Shown: positions 62,192 through 64,000 of the stretch, in pieces
Layout: every line of letters starts with the position of its first letter
Numbering within the stretch: the first letter of the stretch is position 1
Assembly (NCBI GenBank): GCA_002633005.1
Contig: NMRA01000243.1
Coordinates: 399,718 to 463,717 of the forward strand
Length of the DNA stretch: 64,000 nt
Direction: 5' to 3'
Source: Phoronis australis
Lineage: Eukaryota > Animalia > Phoronida
Notes under the pieces: model-generated
What the model was told of the DNA's origin: nothing
Database searches by the model: none
What the model saw: only the letters and a program-made list of their open reading frames with translations
Position numbers and translations under genes: made by a program

Positions 62192-62746
62192 TTAAAGCGG
62201 CTACAAACCCGCCTTTCGTCAAAAATAACTTTTGATTTAAATCATTTATAGTTCTAAATTTAATACTAAGTTGTTCCTTAATCGTATTAGAGGGATTCCT
62301 AGGCTTGGGCAGAACAGAAATATCGTTAGTTCATAATTTTTTTTTAGCTTTGTCTGAAGAAATATCGAATTGTCAGAACAATCCAAGCCTAGAGACTACG
62401 TCTAAAATGAGTAAAGAACAAGACTTAGGAATAAAAGCATGAAAATTTTGAGACATTCAGTTGAGAAAACAGATAAAGTTTGAGTCTAATACTGGAATAA
62501 AAACTTATAAAAATTAGCCACGTTGCGCTCGCATCTCACTTAGGAATGTTTAGCATTACGTCATTTTGACGTCATTATGACTTTTTAGACCCAGTGTGAC
62601 GGCATGTTTATTCTTATTTCCGGGTTCAAATTGCGTCATCTGCTGCCATGACACGTCATCACTAAGCATCCGAATACCAGTTTTAGATCCGTGAGTGGCC
62701 TAAATCAAATTTTTTGACAGAAAGCATGAATTTAATGCCTCTTTAA
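62192..62746. mobile_element. Kolobok-like element; related partial copy at ~44650-44898
   Basis: TTAAAG...CTTTAA ends; shared block TAGGAATGTT..GACGTCATTTTGAC..TTCCGGGTTCAAATTGCG..ACACGTCATCACTAA with 44677-44790. Confidence 0.6.
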
Positions 62747-63169
62747 CTTTATGTTCGTTTATCTCGAGAATAGATCCACTATTGGTTAGCATGATTAGTC
62801 ATGTAAATTTGTTTTAAAAGAACATCATCGGTTTTGCGGCCGAAAAACGAATTTTGTGGATTTCTGTTGGATGGGACAGACTACTTAATTTACTACCTTT
62901 AACCAGCCTTATAAGATACCAAAATCCGCTAGACTTTTATCAATTTATTACAAATCGCCAATTCTTGCCGCTGTCTGCCAGACATTCGCTGAAAACGAGG
63001 TCAGTGACCTTACCACTTAAACGCGCTTAAAATACTCTTGCCGTTTATCCAATGGGATTTAGCTCCGACGGTTGAGAATTAGGCAGCGACCGCCGGGGTT
63101 CCGGGTTTTATTCTGCGTTGGGGCTGATCTCCGAAAATCATTTTTATCGCCTCGGCCGATAATATCTCT

Positions 63170-63172
63170 GAC

Positions 63173-63206
<34 letters not shown>

Positions 63207-63429
63207 TTAATATTAATAATAATAATATTAATAATAATAATAACAACAATACTACTACTACTACTACTAATGGTGATGATGACCATGATGATTTTAATAA
63301 TAATAATGATGGTGATGATGATGATGATTAGGATGATGAGGATGATGATGATGATGATGATGATGATAATAACAACAGCAATACTACTCCTACTAATGAT
63401 GATGACGATCATGAGACCATGATCACGAT
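63170..63429. repeat. Compound (GAT)n/(AAT)n/(ACT)n microsatellite
   Basis: Direct reading; explains the poly-M/I ORFs. Confidence 0.95.
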
Positions 63430-63632
63430 GAGACAGTGTGGCTCAGTGATTTGAGCTCCGGGCTCCCGTTAGGGAGACCCGGGTTCGAATCCTGGCTTTA
63501 CTGGCAGACAATCGAGCATAGCACAAAATGAGTCTGCTACTCCTCTGAATTCGGTCTTACTAGAGAACGTAAGCAAGGGAGTGAATGAGAGCCTGGATTT
63601 AATGAGAAAGTGATTTCTGGGGCAGTGCTCAT
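63430..63632 (+). mobile_element. tRNA-derived SINE (family A)
   Basis: A-box TGGCTCAGTG, B-box GGTTCGAATCC; body homologous to 2445-2638; followed by a (GAT/AAT)-rich tail. Confidence 0.85.
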
Positions 63633-64000
63633 ATTAATTATCATGATGACAATGACGATGACGATCATGATGACACTAATATTAATAGTAATAACAGAAT
63701 AAATACTATCAATTATGGAAACAGTAATGATAAAAATAACGGTAAAGATAATAGTAACGACACAGCAATAGGAATGTTGATAGTAACAGTATTAAAAGTC
63801 CTTAGCGCTTCATACACAACGTATTGCTTACTTAAGCTCACATTAATGTTAGCTTAAATTGTAACTAAAACACGTTGAATCAATTCCAAATATGTAAATA
63901 TAATCCTAAGTGTATTAAATACAGATAGGTTATTTGCGTGTGGAGAAAGCAATAAGACGAAGCATTCCATCAACACGTGGCTTGTATTTGGCAAAGAACT

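Noticed and set aside
63059-63422. 117/116-aa poly-Ile/Met ORFs
   Set aside because: Compound trinucleotide microsatellite.
63430-63500. tRNA gene
   Set aside because: A/B boxes present but no clean cloverleaf; continues into a body shared with 2445-2638, so it is a SINE head.

Overview
AT-rich metazoan genomic DNA, most likely a marine invertebrate; the species cannot be determined from the sequence. It is a draft assembly with N gaps. Two spliced genes sit head-to-head with start codons ~1.1 kb apart. (1) An SSDP/SSBP2-3-4 orthologue (LisH/LUFS cofactor of LDB1/Chip) on the minus strand: coding exons 28307-28252, 27802-27730, 24833-24772, 17718-17634 and 240-199, continuing beyond the window start. 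(2) ATG10 (autophagy E2-like enzyme) on the plus strand: exons 29408-29518, 30256-30390, 32783-32903, 34594-34780 and 40223-40934, giving 421 aa with an unusual ~210-aa charged C-terminal extension. Most notable observations: the same SSBP-ATG10 neighbourhood as human 5q14; a candidate in-frame alternative SSDP first exon inside ATG10 intron 1, which would interleave the genes; an RFX-CRE-NF-Y (X1-X2-Y-like) motif cluster in the shared promoter; and the ATG10 tail. The rest is introns and intergenic DNA with many MITEs (6-bp-TSD hAT-like, Harbinger-, Kolobok- and CACTA-like), tRNA-derived SINEs, a Helentron-type element, and mini/microsatellites. Two duplications flank N gaps and are probably haplotype artefacts. 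CpG density rises visibly after ~41.6 kb, where a further plus-strand gene may begin with non-coding exons.
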